A stretch of 64,000 nucleotides of DNA from Eledone cirrhosa. Lineage: Eukaryota. The translations under genes and the position numbers were made by a program. The notes under the pieces are model-generated. The model saw nothing but the letters and a program-made list of their open reading frames with translations, ran no database searches and was not told the origin of the DNA. The stretch lies in the NCBI GenBank assembly GCA_964016885.1, contig OZ024747.1, positions 15,996,001 through 16,060,000 on the forward strand, given 5' to 3'. How positions within the stretch are numbered: position 1 is the first letter of the stretch; each line of letters starts with the position of its first letter. Positions 1 to 13,166 of the stretch are shown piece after piece.

Positions 1-3000
1 CGGGGAGGTGGGTTGGAGGTGTGGGGGTGAGAGGTGTGGGGTGTGATGTGTGGGGGTGAGGGTTAGTGGTGGTAGTAGGGTGTGTGTTTAGTGTGAGCGC
101 GTGTATATATGTGCCGGTGGGTGTGTGCGTGTGATAAGGAGGGGGGGGAGAAGAGGGGAGGGAAGGGATGTTAGTATGTTAGTTGGGGAAGAGTGGTCAG
201 AAGAGGGGTGGAGTGGAGGTGTTAGTATTGTTAGTGTGGGGTGGGCGGTGAAAAGGAGGGGTGTGTTAGTGGTGTTAGTGGGGGATAAGTGTGGGGGGAG
301 GGGGCTGGTCGAACGCTAGAGGAATAAGGGTGGGGAGTTCAGGCCGGGGGTAGTGTGGGTCTGTAAGATGAAGATAGTTCGTTGTTCGACCGTAAGGCGA
401 TGGGCGGGTGTTCCGTGGCATTGGAGTAGGCCACAGACTGTGAGATGGCGTGCGGAGTGTCCAGGGCCACCAAAGTGGCGGGCGATGGGGGAACTGCCCC
501 CGAGACGAATATCCCGGAGGTGCTTCGTGTAGGTCCGCCAGGCGACGTCCCGTCCATCCGACATAAGTCGCGCAGCGACGTCCGTAGACTAGGTTGGAGG
601 AGGTGCAGCGGAAGGCATGCCGGACCGAGAGAGAGTGGCCGTTGGGACCCTGGAAGGTGGTGGTGTTGGTGATGTGGGGACAGGTGTTGCAGCGAGGCCT
701 AGAACAGGGAAAGGAACCGGGGGAGGGACAGAGCGTGGGTTGGGGGGTAGGGAGCTGTGGACGAGGAGGGTGCGGAGATTGCGTGCGCGTTTGAAGGAGG
801 GGAGTGGTGGGTTGGGAAGATGTGGGAGGTGGAGGGGTCGGACTGGAGGCATCGGAAGAGGCGGCAGATGGTGCGGTGGAGGGGTAAGGTGGAGGGGTGG
901 TAGGTGATGGGGAAGGGGAGACGGTGGGTGGGTGTGCGGTGGCGTGGGGTGAGGGTGGTGGAGCGGGAGACAGCACGGGCACGGGTGACAGCGGTGTAGA
1001 CGAGATAGGGGTGTAGACAGCGGTGTAGACGAGACAGGATCCAATGGCTGACTAGGGAAAGGGCCTGGGACTCGAAGTCAGCATCACGGCTACAGAGGCG
1101 GCGGATCCTGAGAAGTTGGGAGTAGGGAATGGAGTGTTTAGTGTGGGTGAGGTGGGAAGAGGTGAAGTCGAGGTAAGAGTGGGAGTCGGTGGGTTTGAAG
1201 AAGGCGGAGGTGACGAGGGAGTGGTGGGAGGGGTCGAAGGCGACGGAGATGTCTAAGAATTGGACGTGGGTGGTGGAGATAGAGGTGGTGAAGTGGGGGG
1301 AGGGGTGGAAGGAGCAGAAGAAGGAGAGAAAGGAGTCGAGCTGTTCTCGGGTGAGGGTCGTGGCTCCGATACAGTCGTCAATGTAACGACCGTACAGTTC
1401 GGGCGTGGTGCCGGTGTACTGGGCAAAGATTTGGGCCTCAACATGGCCAACAAAAAGGTTGGCATAGTTCGGGCCCATTCTTGTGCCCATGGCTAACCCC
1501 GTGACCTGTTGGTAAAACTCACCCGAGAAGGAGAAACAATTTAGGGTGAGGACCAGCTCGGCGAGGCGAAGGAGGGTGGAGGTGGAGGGAATGTGGGAGG
1601 GGCGAAGGTCGAGGTAGTGTTTGAGGGCGTGAAGGCCGTCGGCGTGAGGGATGACTGTATAAAGGGACTTGATGTCTAGGGTGAAGAGGAAGGGCTGTGG
1701 GCCGGGTAGGTAGGTGAAGGAGTCGAAAAGGCGCTGGGCGTGGTTGGTGTCGGAGATGTGGGAGGGGAGGGTGGTGACAAGGGGGGCGAGGAGGGAGTCG
1801 AGAAAGGCGGAGATGAGTTCGGTGGGGCAGTTGCAAGCGGAGACGATGGGGCGGCCGGGGTTATCGGGTTTGTGGAGTTTGGGGAGGAAGTAGATGGTGG
1901 GGGTGCGGGGGGTGCGGACGATGAGGTGGGAAGCGGTGGGGGGGAGGAGGGAGGAGGCGATAAGGTCTTTGATGGTGGAGGAGACTTGTTGTTGGTAGAG
2001 GGGGTGGGATCGGGGGGTAGAGGGCGGTAAAAGAGGGGTTACAGAGCTGCCTGAGGGCTTCGGCCGTGTAGAGGTCCGCGCGTCATACCACTACGGCCCC
2101 TCCCTTGTCCACTGGTTTGATGACGATGTCATCTCGGCTACGGAGGGAGCGGAGAGCGAGGAGTTCGCCCCGTGAGATATTGTGCCGTTTGGAACGGTGG
2201 CGGAAGTCGAAACGATTTACTGCGCTACGGCTGGCATCGACGAAGGCGTCCAGGGTGCTAAATTGCCCTGGGGCCGGCGTCCAAGAAGATGGTCGTCGGC
2301 CCAGGGCGAGAAACGGCTCTGGGGCGTCCGGAGCCGGTGGCGTTCGGCTGAAATGTGCCTGCAGCTTAGTGCGTCGCACGAATCGCTCGACTTCCGTTCG
2401 GGTGCGGAACTCGTCGCTGTGCGGAGTGTGGGGTATGAAGCGAAGGCCTCTACTAAGGAGTGAGTGCTCAGGTGCAGAGAGGGGTAGGTCAGGGGGTATG
2501 GTGACAACAAGGGGTGGGGTTTGGGGGTTGGGGGGTATGGGGATGGACGGGTGGTTGTGGATGGGGGGGGGTGTAGCTTGCGGGCTTTTTGGAGCTGAGG
2601 AACGAGAAGAGGTTGTGGTTGAGGTTGTGGATGAAGGAGCGGATGGCTTGGGAGAGGAGCGGGTGGCAGGTGGAGTAAAGGCGGAGGAGGGTGGGGGTCA
2701 GTTGGTGGTCAAGTAGGCGGAGGGTGGAACGGGAGGCGCGGATGGAGTTGCGCATCAGGAGGCGTGAGGATCGGGTGAGGATACGTTGCGTGGAGGGGGA
2801 AGCGGCGGGGGAGGGATGGAAGTGTAGACGGAAGCCGAGGGGGATAAGGTGGAGGCGGAGGCAGTGGCTGAGTAAATGGATGTGGCTGGAGTGCCGGGTT
2901 TTGGCGAAGAGAAGGTAGGAGAGTTGAAGGGCGGAGGGGAGATAGCAGGGTGGGAGGAGGGGGGTGAGGAAAAGTTTGAGGCGATTGTGTAGTTGGTGGA

Positions 3001-3575
3001 GAAAGGATCTCAGGTTGGGCATGATGGGCGTTGGGTGAAAGCAGGGGGAGGGATGAGAGGGCAGGTGTGTGAAGCGGGGTGGAGTGAACGAAGGGGTGAG
3101 TGCGAAGGATAGGCAGAGACGGGGAAGGGAAAATGAAACAGAAAAACGTAGGGAGGGGGGAGTAAACACAGGAAAATTAAAGACAAAAAATCATAAAGGT
3201 AAAAACACAGGCGATCGTGAACAAAAAATCATAGAAATACAATTGTAAGAACACAGGCAAAGAATCTTAATGTGGGCATGGCCGGATGAGGAAGAGAAAT
3301 CAGCAATGAGTAAGGGTTGGGTCATGGAGGTGGTGTTCTGGGTGGGGGATTAAAGATGGGGAAGGGGTTGAGTGTTGAATCAAAGTAGGTGATCTTGAGG
3401 GAAGGGTCACCATCTTTCTACGCTAGAATAGGTTAGATGGAGGAGGAATTGGGGATGTGAATTGGCCCCCAACCCCTAAGTGGCAAGGCATATCGGTAAG
3501 TGGAGACCTAAAATTGTTGCTAAACATCTCTGCATGTTTCATCCCACTCATATGGGCAGGTCAGCTATAGTACAG
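1..3575 (-). mobile_element. Penelope-like retroelement (probably Neptune-type), near full length, 3' end runs off the window
   Basis: Minus-strand translation gives PLE motifs DDIVIKPVDKGGAVVV, YFLPKLHKPDNPGRPIVS, LFTLDIKSLYTVIPH, MGTRMGPNYANLFVG, YGRYIDD, KPTDSHSYLDFTSSH and SIPYSQLLRIRRLCS. These are followed by the Cys linker FPCSRPRCNTC and a degenerate GIY-YIG (NLVY...YVGWTGRRL...HF...H...PGLN). The 5' end abuts a (CA)/(TA) tract. Confidence 0.93.
316..3169 (-). pseudogene. PLE reverse transcriptase + GIY-YIG endonuclease ORF, disrupted
   Basis: Split over ORF-track pieces 2489-3169, 2083-2379, 699-1490, 275-982 and 316-564. There is a TGA after GGAVVV, frameshifts, and a local duplication at about 986-1040. 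Confidence 0.88.
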
Positions 3576-3604
3576 TATATCACACACACATATATATATA
3601 TATA

Positions 3605-3673
3605 TAGGAACGAGTAGGACTCCGACAGCTGAGCTCAAGCCGTTTCGACGCCTAATTCTGGACTCTAATTCTG

Positions 3674-3677
<4 letters not shown>
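3605..3677 (-). mobile_element. Family A short-arm fragment between (TA)n tracts
   Basis: Matches 19061-19121 and 55310-55367 (GGAACGAGTAGGAC...CTGAGCTCAAGCCGTTTCGAC). Confidence 0.85.
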
Positions 3678-3711
<34 letters not shown>

Positions 3712-3970
3712 ATATATATATATGAACTATAAATTAAATACTTAGTTTCTATGTAATCAAGAGACTTATGTGTATAACAGATACGAAGTACTCAGATAAT
3801 AATATTTATCTCCAGTATTATGATAATATCATTTATCTGATGAGGGCATGCTAGATTTATGTTACACATACATTTCTGCATCTCTAAATATATATGATGA
3901 AATAAATAGAGAAGATATCAAGTATATAATCTATCGTTTAATACTATTATTATTATAGCAATAGCAAAAG

Positions 3971-4160
3971 GGCGGTGGATTGGCAGTATCGGTAGAGGGC
4001 CGGACGCCATGCTTTCCAGCATAGTTACGTCCCTTTACGATCTGGGTTCAAATCCTGCCGAGGTTGACTTTGCCTTTCATCCTTACGGGGTCGATAAAAT
4101 AAAGTACCAGTAATGCACTGGGTATTTGCTGGCCTTGTGCCTAAAGTAGAAACAATTATT
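3971..4160 (+). mobile_element. tRNA-headed SINE (octopod OR-like family)
   Basis: A-box-like TGGCAGTATCGG, B-box GGTTCAAATCC, core CTTTGCCTTTCATCCTTACGGGGTCGATAAAATAAAGTACCAG and an ATT tail. More than 10 copies occur in the window. Confidence 0.88.
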
Positions 4161-4340
4161 ATAGCAATAGTTATACTTATATATATAAATATAAATAAGA
4201 TAAGGGTAATGATAAGTATCTAGTATCTCAATGTAAAATATCAGATATACTACAGAGCAGAAATACAACATAAACAACAATGAAATTGTGTTTAAGGCAT
4301 TTAGTTGCTTTACGATCGTTATATATATGTATATATATAT

Positions 4341-4481
4341 AGAAAAATAGTCAGGACCCCGACGGCTGAGCTCCGGCCGTTTCAACAGCTAGTTCTTTTC
4401 CTATTACCCTCTCTACTACCTATAATATCTAGTTCTCTGGTTCGTTAAGTTCCATCTGGTTCCTTACCACACTCCTTTCGT
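4341..4481. mobile_element. Family A copy (inverted short arm + 3' tail) in (TA)n
   Basis: The left part is the reverse complement of the HHR 3' half. The right part is the family A tail ending CCTTTCGT-(TA)n. Confidence 0.75.
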
Positions 4482-4526
4482 TATATATATATATATATAT
4501 ATGTATGTATATATATTTGTCTCTGT

Positions 4527-4627
4527 GTAGATCCCGAGTGATCCCGTGTGATATCGATGGTAACCACAGTACGTAGAGTGAAAACAACAAAGATATTAAT
4601 CTACAGGACTAGAACTGTTTCATACGA
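4527..4627 (-). mobile_element. Family B fragment
   Basis: CTACAGGACTAGAACTGTTTCAT and TAACCACAGTA are shared with 15128-15330. Confidence 0.7.
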
Positions 4628-5521
4628 ATATATATATATTTATATAGAAATTAATTCCTCCAAATTCCCTATTTTGTGAACCAGGAACTGTAACTCATGA
4701 ATATATGAACTATATTTATTCAACGTTACGTTTGTGCCTGTTAAGAGTTACACAAACATTATTAAGGGAAGCAACTTCAATGATATATTATGAAAATACG
4801 TAATTATCTCCCTTACGAAGTTTTTTATATTTTTCCTGTCAAAACTAGCATCAATGAAGAGATGTTTAAATAAATCGTTCTATATCTACTACTAATAGAA
4901 ACGTAGCAGTTTTACTTAAAAATAGAGATGTATAGCTTAGTTATGCGAGTGTATGAAAAGGGACGTAACTCTATGCTGCAAGGCATGGCGTCCGACTCTC
5001 TGCCGATACTGCCAACTAATACAATATAAAGTATAAAACACCGCTTTTCACAATTTATTTTTTAACTGATAGCATCTTTCTTACGGGGGATTGAATATCA
5101 CTGTAAATCTATGATGCTATTTTCACTGGTTGCATATCGTCTATGAATGTGAACTTCAAACTTTTACTAACGATGTTCATATAAAACATTACTGAGAGAC
5201 TTAAAGAAATCTTAAAGTTGACATTTTCTACACTTCACTGCCCTTCTTTGTCTGTACCTTGGATTACAGTTCCTTATTATTCTATTCTGTTTTACTATTT
5301 CTCTCATTTCTATATTTCTTCTCCTTGGGCTAAGCTCTTGCGCACTCTATATTTGCGTAATTTGGTTAAATGTATAACTTGTCTCCACCTTCATGTTACG
5401 TCCCAACGTGCATTTGAATGAATGGTATAATGAAAAAGCGCTGAAACCTTACTGATTTCCAGCGGTTAACTGAAGAGATGGGACTGGTTCTCCATTGTTT
5501 TCTCCCTCTGCGCCCTCTATT

Positions 5522-5575
<54 letters not shown>

Positions 5576-5578
<3 letters not shown>

Positions 5579-6001
5579 GGAGGTGAGTTTTATTGTAGTA
5601 CAATAAAGCAATGCCGATATCGGATAAGAAGCACTCTACAGTTTGTAGGACTGGAGTATACATAATATATAAGATCAAAAGATGGTTAAAGGAGTTCCAT
5701 GTATTTTATTATGCGCATTTCAAAAACAAACATCATCATGCAATAATATTTGTGTTTTCATCAGATAAAACAGGAGAACATGATATGAAGGCTAAAAAAC
5801 ACTTGTGGATAGTGCAGTTTTAAATCAACATATGTTGATTTAAAACTACACTATCCACAAGTGTTTTTTAGCCTTCATATCATGTTCTCCTGTTTTATCT
5901 GATGAAAACACAAATATTATTGCATGATGATGTTTGTTTTTGAAATGCGCATAATAAAATACATGGAACTCCTTTAACCATCTTTTGATCTTATATATTA
6001 T
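5576..6001. mobile_element. Family C: near-perfect 340-bp palindrome (5662-6001, centre 5831/5832) plus tail, in (TA)n
   Basis: The arms are reverse complements about CAACAT|ATGTTG. A related copy lies at 60002-60212. Confidence 0.92.
5893..5959 (+). ncRNA. Type I hammerhead ribozyme (family C); mirror copy on the minus strand in the left arm
   Basis: Stem I UUUUAU/AUAAAA, CUGAUGA at 5899-5905, about 16-bp stem II with G-U pairs, GAAA at 5942-5945, palindromic UGCGCA, AUA cleavage triplet. Confidence 0.8.
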
Positions 6002-6761
6002 ATATATATATACACACATAGTTAATCTTTGATAAAATGATACGCACCTGTTGGTTTTAACTTCAATCTATTATAAATTTCCGGTTGGATGTTGATTCGA
6101 TAATCAGATGGCTGTTTATATATTGTCAAAGCTCTTTCGTCACACATTCTGTGACCTACTCAGTGACTGGGCTTTTATATTGTGCCTCTCCTTTGTTCTG
6201 TCCTATACCATCTTGTTCCCAATGAAACGTAAAAAAGTTATGTTTCTCTTGACATAGTAGTGTGGTTAAGAATTTCGCTTCGCAATTATATATGAGAAGA
6301 ATTGAGTAAGCTGGCAAATGAACTGCACTGCTAATGAAAAAGTCCAATATTGTCAAACATTGTAGCAAGAGGAATTGGCGGAGGAATTCGGCGGTCGGTA
6401 CATGTGTCTCGGTAAAACTCAACCACTCTAGCATTAATTAATGAATTCATAGAATGCTCGAATGCTCCTCGTATAATTGATGGAGGATCCATCATCATTA
6501 TCATTATTTTTTGTCATAATTCTTTTTTCCTTCTATATTCTAACGTTTACTCAGCTATTTTATTTTATTTTATTTATTTCAGTAAAAAGTAAATTACTTA
6601 ATCTTTTAGAAAATTTAAAACCAATATAATATATAAACACCTGCTCCATCTTACTTTTGTTTCATACATCATCATTATCGCCATAGCACATCATCACAAT
6701 CACCATCATTTTCGTCATCTCATCATCATTATTGTTGTTTCAGCAGTTTTACGTGAATTTT

Positions 6762-6840
<79 letters not shown>

Positions 6841-7043
6841 GCATATATATAAAATATACTGTATATGTGGGTGTCCATGCCTGTGTTTATGTTTTATGTT
6901 TACATAAAATAAAAAAGATCGTTAAAATAATTACTTCATTTGAGAATAATATAAAATAAAATAGAAACTGGGCTTGCCATGATCAACAACATTCGATGGA
7001 GGTTGTATCCTTGCATGACTAACATTCTAATGAGCGAAAAACA

Positions 7044-8233
7044 GTATAAGAATATGTGTTTCTATTTTTGGCACAAGGCCAGCAATTATCACAGTGCATT
7101 ACTGGTACTTTATTTTATCGACCCCGTCAGGATAAAAGGCGAAGTTAACTTCGGCCGGATTTGAACTCAGATCATAAAGGGCCATAACTCTTTGCTGCAA
7201 AGCATGGCGTCCGACCCTTACCGATACTGCCAATCCACCGCCCAATTATTAGTAATAATTGTTTCTACTTTAGACACAAGGCCAGCAATTATCCCAGTGC
7301 ATTACTGGTACTTTATTTTATCGACCCCGTAAGGATGAAAGGCAAAGTTAACCTCGATGGGATTTGAACTCAAACCATAAAGGGCCGTAACTCTTTGCTG
7401 CAAAGCATGGCGTCCGACTCTACCGATACTGCCAATCCACCGTATAAGAATATTTGTTTCTATTTTTGGCACGAGGCCAGCAATTATCCCAGTGCATTAC
7501 TGGTACTTTATTTTATCGAGCCCGTAAGGATGAAAGGCAAAGTTAACCTCGACAGGATTTGAACTCAAACCATAAAGGGCTGAAACTCTTTGCTGCAAAG
7601 CATGGCGTCCGACCCTCTCTACTGATACTGCTAATCCACCGTATAAGAATATTTGTTTCTACTTTTGGCACAAGGCCAGCAATTATCCAGTATTACTGGT
7701 ACTTTATTTTATCGAGCCCGTAAGGACGAAAGGCAAAGTTAACCTCGACAGGATTTGAACTCAAACCATAAAGGGCTGAAACTCTTTGCTGCAAAGCATG
7801 GCGTCCGACCCTCTCTACTGATACTGCTAATCCACCGTATAAGAATATTTGTTTCTACTTTTGGCACAAGGCCAGCAATTATCCAGTATTACTGGTACTT
7901 TATTTTATCGAGCCCGTAAGGATGAAAGGCAAAGTTAAACTCGACAGGATTTGAACTCAAACCATAAAGGGCTGAAACTCTTTGCTGCAAAGCATGGCGT
8001 CCGACCCTCTCTACTGATACTGCTAATCCACCGTATAAGAATATTTGTTTCTACTTTTGGCACAAGGCCAGCAATTATCCAGTATTACTGGTACTTCATT
8101 TTATCGAGCCCGTAAGGACGAAAGTCAAAGTTAACCTCGACGGGATTTGAACTCAAACCATAAAGGGCCGTAACTCTTTGCTGCAAAGCATGGCGTCCGA
8201 CCCTCTCTACTGATACTGCTAATCCAAGAATAT
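7044..8233 (-). repeat. Head-to-tail array of six SINE copies (last four at about 196-199 bp period)
   Basis: Units start at about 7044, 7256, 7442, 7641, 7837 and 8033. AAGAATAT is present at both outer ends. Confidence 0.9.
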
Positions 8234-8426
8234 TAAAAGAAAAGTTTCTATCGTCTTCTAGATAAGCGAATTTCTTTGTTAAATCCTGTGAATGATAACA
8301 CATAGATAGAATGTCTATTAAATTTAGAATCAATTAATTTAGCTCCTTATTTCACTTATCAATCCAGTTTATATATAAAATATTTCCATTTTCGTTCAAA
8401 ACATGATATTTTCCAATATATATATA

Positions 8427-8471
<45 letters not shown>

Positions 8472-8694
8472 GTAAAGTTGTCGACAAGGAGATGCGTTTT
8501 CTATCTTATATTTCATTAATGGTCTTTACTTTCGTATTCCTCTTTTAATTTCTATTCTCTAACATCCCTTTTTCACCAATTTTACATACTTATAATTCTT
8601 TTGTTTTTTTAATATTATTATCATTAAATCTTGCGTTGCAGCCATTTAGTTTAATATATTGCAGCTTAATTATACATAAACACACATTTAATTT

Positions 8695-8730
8695 CATCAT
8701 CACCACCACCAACACCACCTCCAACACCAC

Positions 8731-8799
<69 letters not shown>

Positions 8800-8924
8800 A
8801 CTCATCATCATCATCATCATCATCATCATATTCTTCTTCTTCTTCTTCTTCTTCTTCTTCTTCTTCTTCTTCTTCTTCTTCTTCTTCTTCTTCTTCTTCT
8901 TCTTCTTCTTCTTCTTCTTCTTCT
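8695..8924. repeat. Compound trinucleotide microsatellite (CAC)n(CAT)n(TTC)n
   Basis: Read directly from the sequence. Confidence 0.95.
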
Positions 8925-9153
8925 AGTAGCAAATTTCATTTTCAGTGTCTACTTTTTATTTATTTATGCCACTTTATTTTCTTTTTTGACAAGTTTTGAA
9001 TTTTTGAACTGAACATCAAAATCAAAGCAACCAAAAGAACAAAGCAAGCTGAAGAGAACGCAGTATTTAAAGATACACACACATATACAATCACAGACGC
9101 ACACACAAAATATTACATATACCTATGCATATATATGTGCATATATCTATCTA

Positions 9154-9206
<53 letters not shown>

Positions 9207-9260
9207 GGAGGGAGATTGAGAGAGAAAGAGAGAGAGAGAGTGAGATATATATATATATAT

Positions 9261-9294
<34 letters not shown>

Positions 9295-9316
9295 AGAAAG
9301 AGAAAGAGAAAGAGCA

Positions 9317-9402
<86 letters not shown>

Positions 9403-9506
9403 AATAAGACAGATAATACGTGACATTTCAGAAATGATTTGGAAGAATTTTATGTTCAATTCTATTTTACACTTGATTAACTAAATGAAAAACACAAACG
9501 CTACAA

Positions 9507-9606
<100 letters not shown>

Positions 9607-9652
9607 GCACACACACACACACACATACACACACATAAACATACACTCACAT

Positions 9653-9691
<39 letters not shown>

Positions 9692-11107
9692 AATCTCAAG
9701 GAGATTTTTCACATGTTCTCAAATAGACACAATATGAACAGACGCTGACCTTTAACATCAGTCAGAATAATTGAGATATCAATTCCTTTGTTTGAGCTAA
9801 CAATGTCGCAATTTAGATTTATTGCCTTTGTTTATAAGGAAATTAGCAAAGACCACCTGTTTAATTTTTCTGGACATCAAATTATTTTGACCTCAGTTAG
9901 AAGTGTCTGCTTCTTCGAACTGGTCAGGAATTCCTGACGTATGTGGTCGGCTATCCTGGCCATGTCCATACAATATCTAATTATTACCAGTAATGCACTG
10001 GGTAATTGCTGGCCTTGTGCCTAAAGTAGAAACACTTATTATAAGTTACGTAAAGATGTTCATATTCCAATAGAATTTAGCATAATGATTTTCTCTGAGC
10101 TTCTCCAATAAAGAATAACACAGGAGAAAATTGTATATTTTCCCAAGAAACCCGAGATGCTGATAGGAGCCATCTTTGATTCTGTGTCTCCATCAGCGAT
10201 TTATAAAAAGAAATTCGCTGAACATCCGTTGTATCGTCTAAATGAGGTGGGAAGGTGACGGGAAAATTCACGCTCGTCTTCAAAAAAGCACTCTACTAGA
10301 GAAACTACTAGGTGTAAATCAAACACAGAAAATTGAATGTGCGCTTTGGTAGCATAAATAGAGTACATCTCATACCAACATTTTTGGGGAAACACATTAT
10401 ACGGTTTTCTATTGAATCTGTTAATCAAAATATAGGCACGCAATAGATTTTATAAATATGATAAATATGATATGAAACTGGAGAGAGAGACGAAACTATG
10501 GTAACATTATGCCTGATATTATTTTCTATGACATATGATAATAGTATGTAAATGATTGGCAGATTAATACAAAATTAGTATAATGCTATGCAGATTCAAA
10601 CTGAATTGCTAAGGATACAAACTATAGAATGAGAGAGCTACAGCACATCACTATAACTGTATGCAGACGCAAGCTGAAAAGCTAAGGAATTATATGAAAT
10701 ATATTATTGCATTTGAAGAAAAGCTTTTGTAATTAGAATGATGTACAACCACTCATTTCTAAAGACTTTGACAAATTATGTATACGGATAGACGAGTCAC
10801 CTTCCAGAAAATAACAATACTCGTGTCTGTCAATTTTCTTCGAGTATTGTTAACCTTGAATATTTTTATGTGTATAAGATGTAACTCATTATTCTATTTG
10901 TAAGAAAACATATAATTTGAATGGAAACAGTTGAAATATTTCTCAATGATAAATCTAATAAAGAGTTGAAGAATTTGATAAAAATAACGATGAGTATTCC
11001 AGTTCAGTCAAGAGAACAGCCTGAACCTTGTTCACAAACACATGTACAGATGATAGGAGATTCAGTGTATGCTTGTATGCTTGTATGCTTGTACGTATGT
11101 ATGTATG

Positions 11108-11490
11108 TTTTCTCTTTCTCTTAATTTCGAGTATATTTTTTTGACCGGCCACCTTCCTGGTGGCAAGGTTGTAAAAGAAAAGAAATTGTCATCCCTTGAA
11201 TCGCAAGAATGTTTTGCAAATTTTGAAGGTGCCAGCTATCGCAGCCATTTGTAGACTATGAATTAGGGAGCTGCGCTTTTTGTCCGCAAATCCAAGTTCA
11301 GTCATACTTTGGTCCAAGCGGGTTGGTATATAACCCGTAGCACCAATAATGATGGGTATGAAGCTAAAGGTGTATCTTGGATACTGGATTTGTAAACTCC
11401 TCATCAATGGTCCGTAGATGTCTTCCTTCTCCTGTATTTTTCTGACAACGTTTACACAAGTGGGCAGCTGATCTCCACAACAGAACACGT
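11108..11490 (-). mobile_element. 3' end of a restriction-like-endonuclease LINE (R2/R4/NeSL group)
   Basis: ORF 11189-11488 (QEKEDIYGPL...FIPIIIGATGYIP...LQMAAIAGTFKICKTFL) matches the K..KY..L / IPIIIGALG RLE C-terminus. It is flanked by (TATG)n on both sides. Confidence 0.75.
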
Positions 11491-11573
11491 TGTATGTATG
11501 TATGTATGTATGTATGTATGTATGTATGTATGTATGTATGTATGTATGTATGTATGTATGTATGTATGTATGT

Positions 11574-11908
11574 GAAGGCGCATGGCTAAATTGTTAGCGC
11601 AACGGGCTTTAAATCGGGAGTTTGTGAGTTCGATTCTCGAACCGGGTGATGCGTTGTGTCCTTGAGCAAGACACTCTATTTCACGTTGCTCCAGTTTACT
11701 CAGCTGTAGACATGAATTGCGACGTCACTGGTGCCAAGCTGTATCAGCCATTGCCTTTGCCTTGGAAAACATCTATGACGTGAAGAGAAGAGGCTGGTAT
11801 GCATGGGTGACTGCTGGTCTTCCACAAACAATCTTGCCCCGACTTGTGCCTCGGAGTGGAACTGTCTAGGTGCAAATCCCATGGTCATTGGTGACCGAAG
11901 GGGGTCTA
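11574..11908 (+). mobile_element. Second tRNA-headed SINE family
   Basis: A-box-like TGGCTAAATTG, B-box GAGTTCGATTC and the conserved central box GTGTCCTTGAGCAAGACACT. Confidence 0.8.
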
Positions 11909-12099
11909 TCTATATATGTGTCTATGTATGAATGTATGAATAAGGAGAAAAAACAGAAACATCTCAGGAAGTATCTCCAGCTCAAAAATGAAATTTTAAG
12001 CATGAATCCTTCACTAATTTTTTTTATTTATTCCCGATTCCTCATTAATCACACACTTAACGTGTGTTTATGAAAGGGATATCGATTCAGTATTATATA

Positions 12100-12375
12100 A
12101 TAATTGTTTCTACTCTTGGGACAAGGCCAGCAATTAGCCAGTACATTACTGGTACTTTATTTTATCGCCGTTAAATCAGCAATGTATTTATGTTTATTTA
12201 TAGAATATAATTGTTACTACTTTTGGCACAAGGCCAGCAATTACCCAGTACATTACTGGTGCCTTATTTTATCGACCCCGTAAGGGTGAAAGGCAAAGTT
12301 AACCTCAGCGGGATTTGAACTCAGATCGTAAAGGGACGTAACTATGCCGGAAAGCATGTCCACCAATCTACCACC
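12100..12375 (-). mobile_element. OR-like SINE plus duplicated 3' fragment
   Basis: Reverse complement of 3971-4160. Confidence 0.8.
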
Positions 12376-12678
12376 TTGTAATTCATATGATTATGGTTAG
12401 CACAAAATAATTACAGCGCTATCAAAGTAACATTTGCTGAGCATTTTTATATATGCATTGATATATTTCAATTTAGATTTATGCTTATGGATATGCAATA
12501 ATATGGACTGGGGTCCGGTATCTTAATGTATATTACATTTGGAGGAGATATAACTTCGAAGAACCTTGATGTGTGCGTAAATTACATCTATCCTTTAATA
12601 AAAATACTCATATTTAAAAAAATATTGTTTTCTATAATATTTCATTTAATAGAAAAGCCGAATTTATCATAAATTTAT

Positions 12679-12787
<109 letters not shown>

Positions 12788-13166
12788 TAACACACACACA
12801 AAAAAAATAGCACATAATAATTTATGCAAAAACACTCGTATATAAATAAAATGGTGTGCATCTCCAGAAGATTAAAAAATGTTTTTCATTATTAGAATAC
12901 CTATACATGAAATTAACATCAAATGTACTAAATGTCACAAAAAGAACCACTGTATGTGAAATCTGACACATTGAAATACAGGTACGTTTAATTTGGCTAT
13001 GGGGAAAGAGGCTGCTCAAGTTGTTACAGAGATCTCATGGTTGTAAGGCGAATTCTGACCACGACTGCATTCAAATACGTGCACATAGAACTATACCTAT
13101 GCATATGCACACACATAAATACAAATATAAACACACACATGCTCACATTCAATGTTAAGATGTAAA

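Noticed and set aside
101-2918. Plus-strand Gly/Arg-rich ORFs
   Set aside because: They are antisense shadows of the C-rich PLE ORF.
3971-4060. tRNA gene
   Set aside because: The A/B boxes belong to a multi-copy SINE head, and no proper cloverleaf is evident.
7044-8233. Regular repeats resembling a CRISPR array
   Set aside because: The units are whole SINE copies with no unique spacers, and the context is eukaryotic with no cas genes.
10470-11060. Possible decayed hAT transposase C-terminus (LKNLIKITMSIPV..)
   Set aside because: Similarity is too weak to support by eye.
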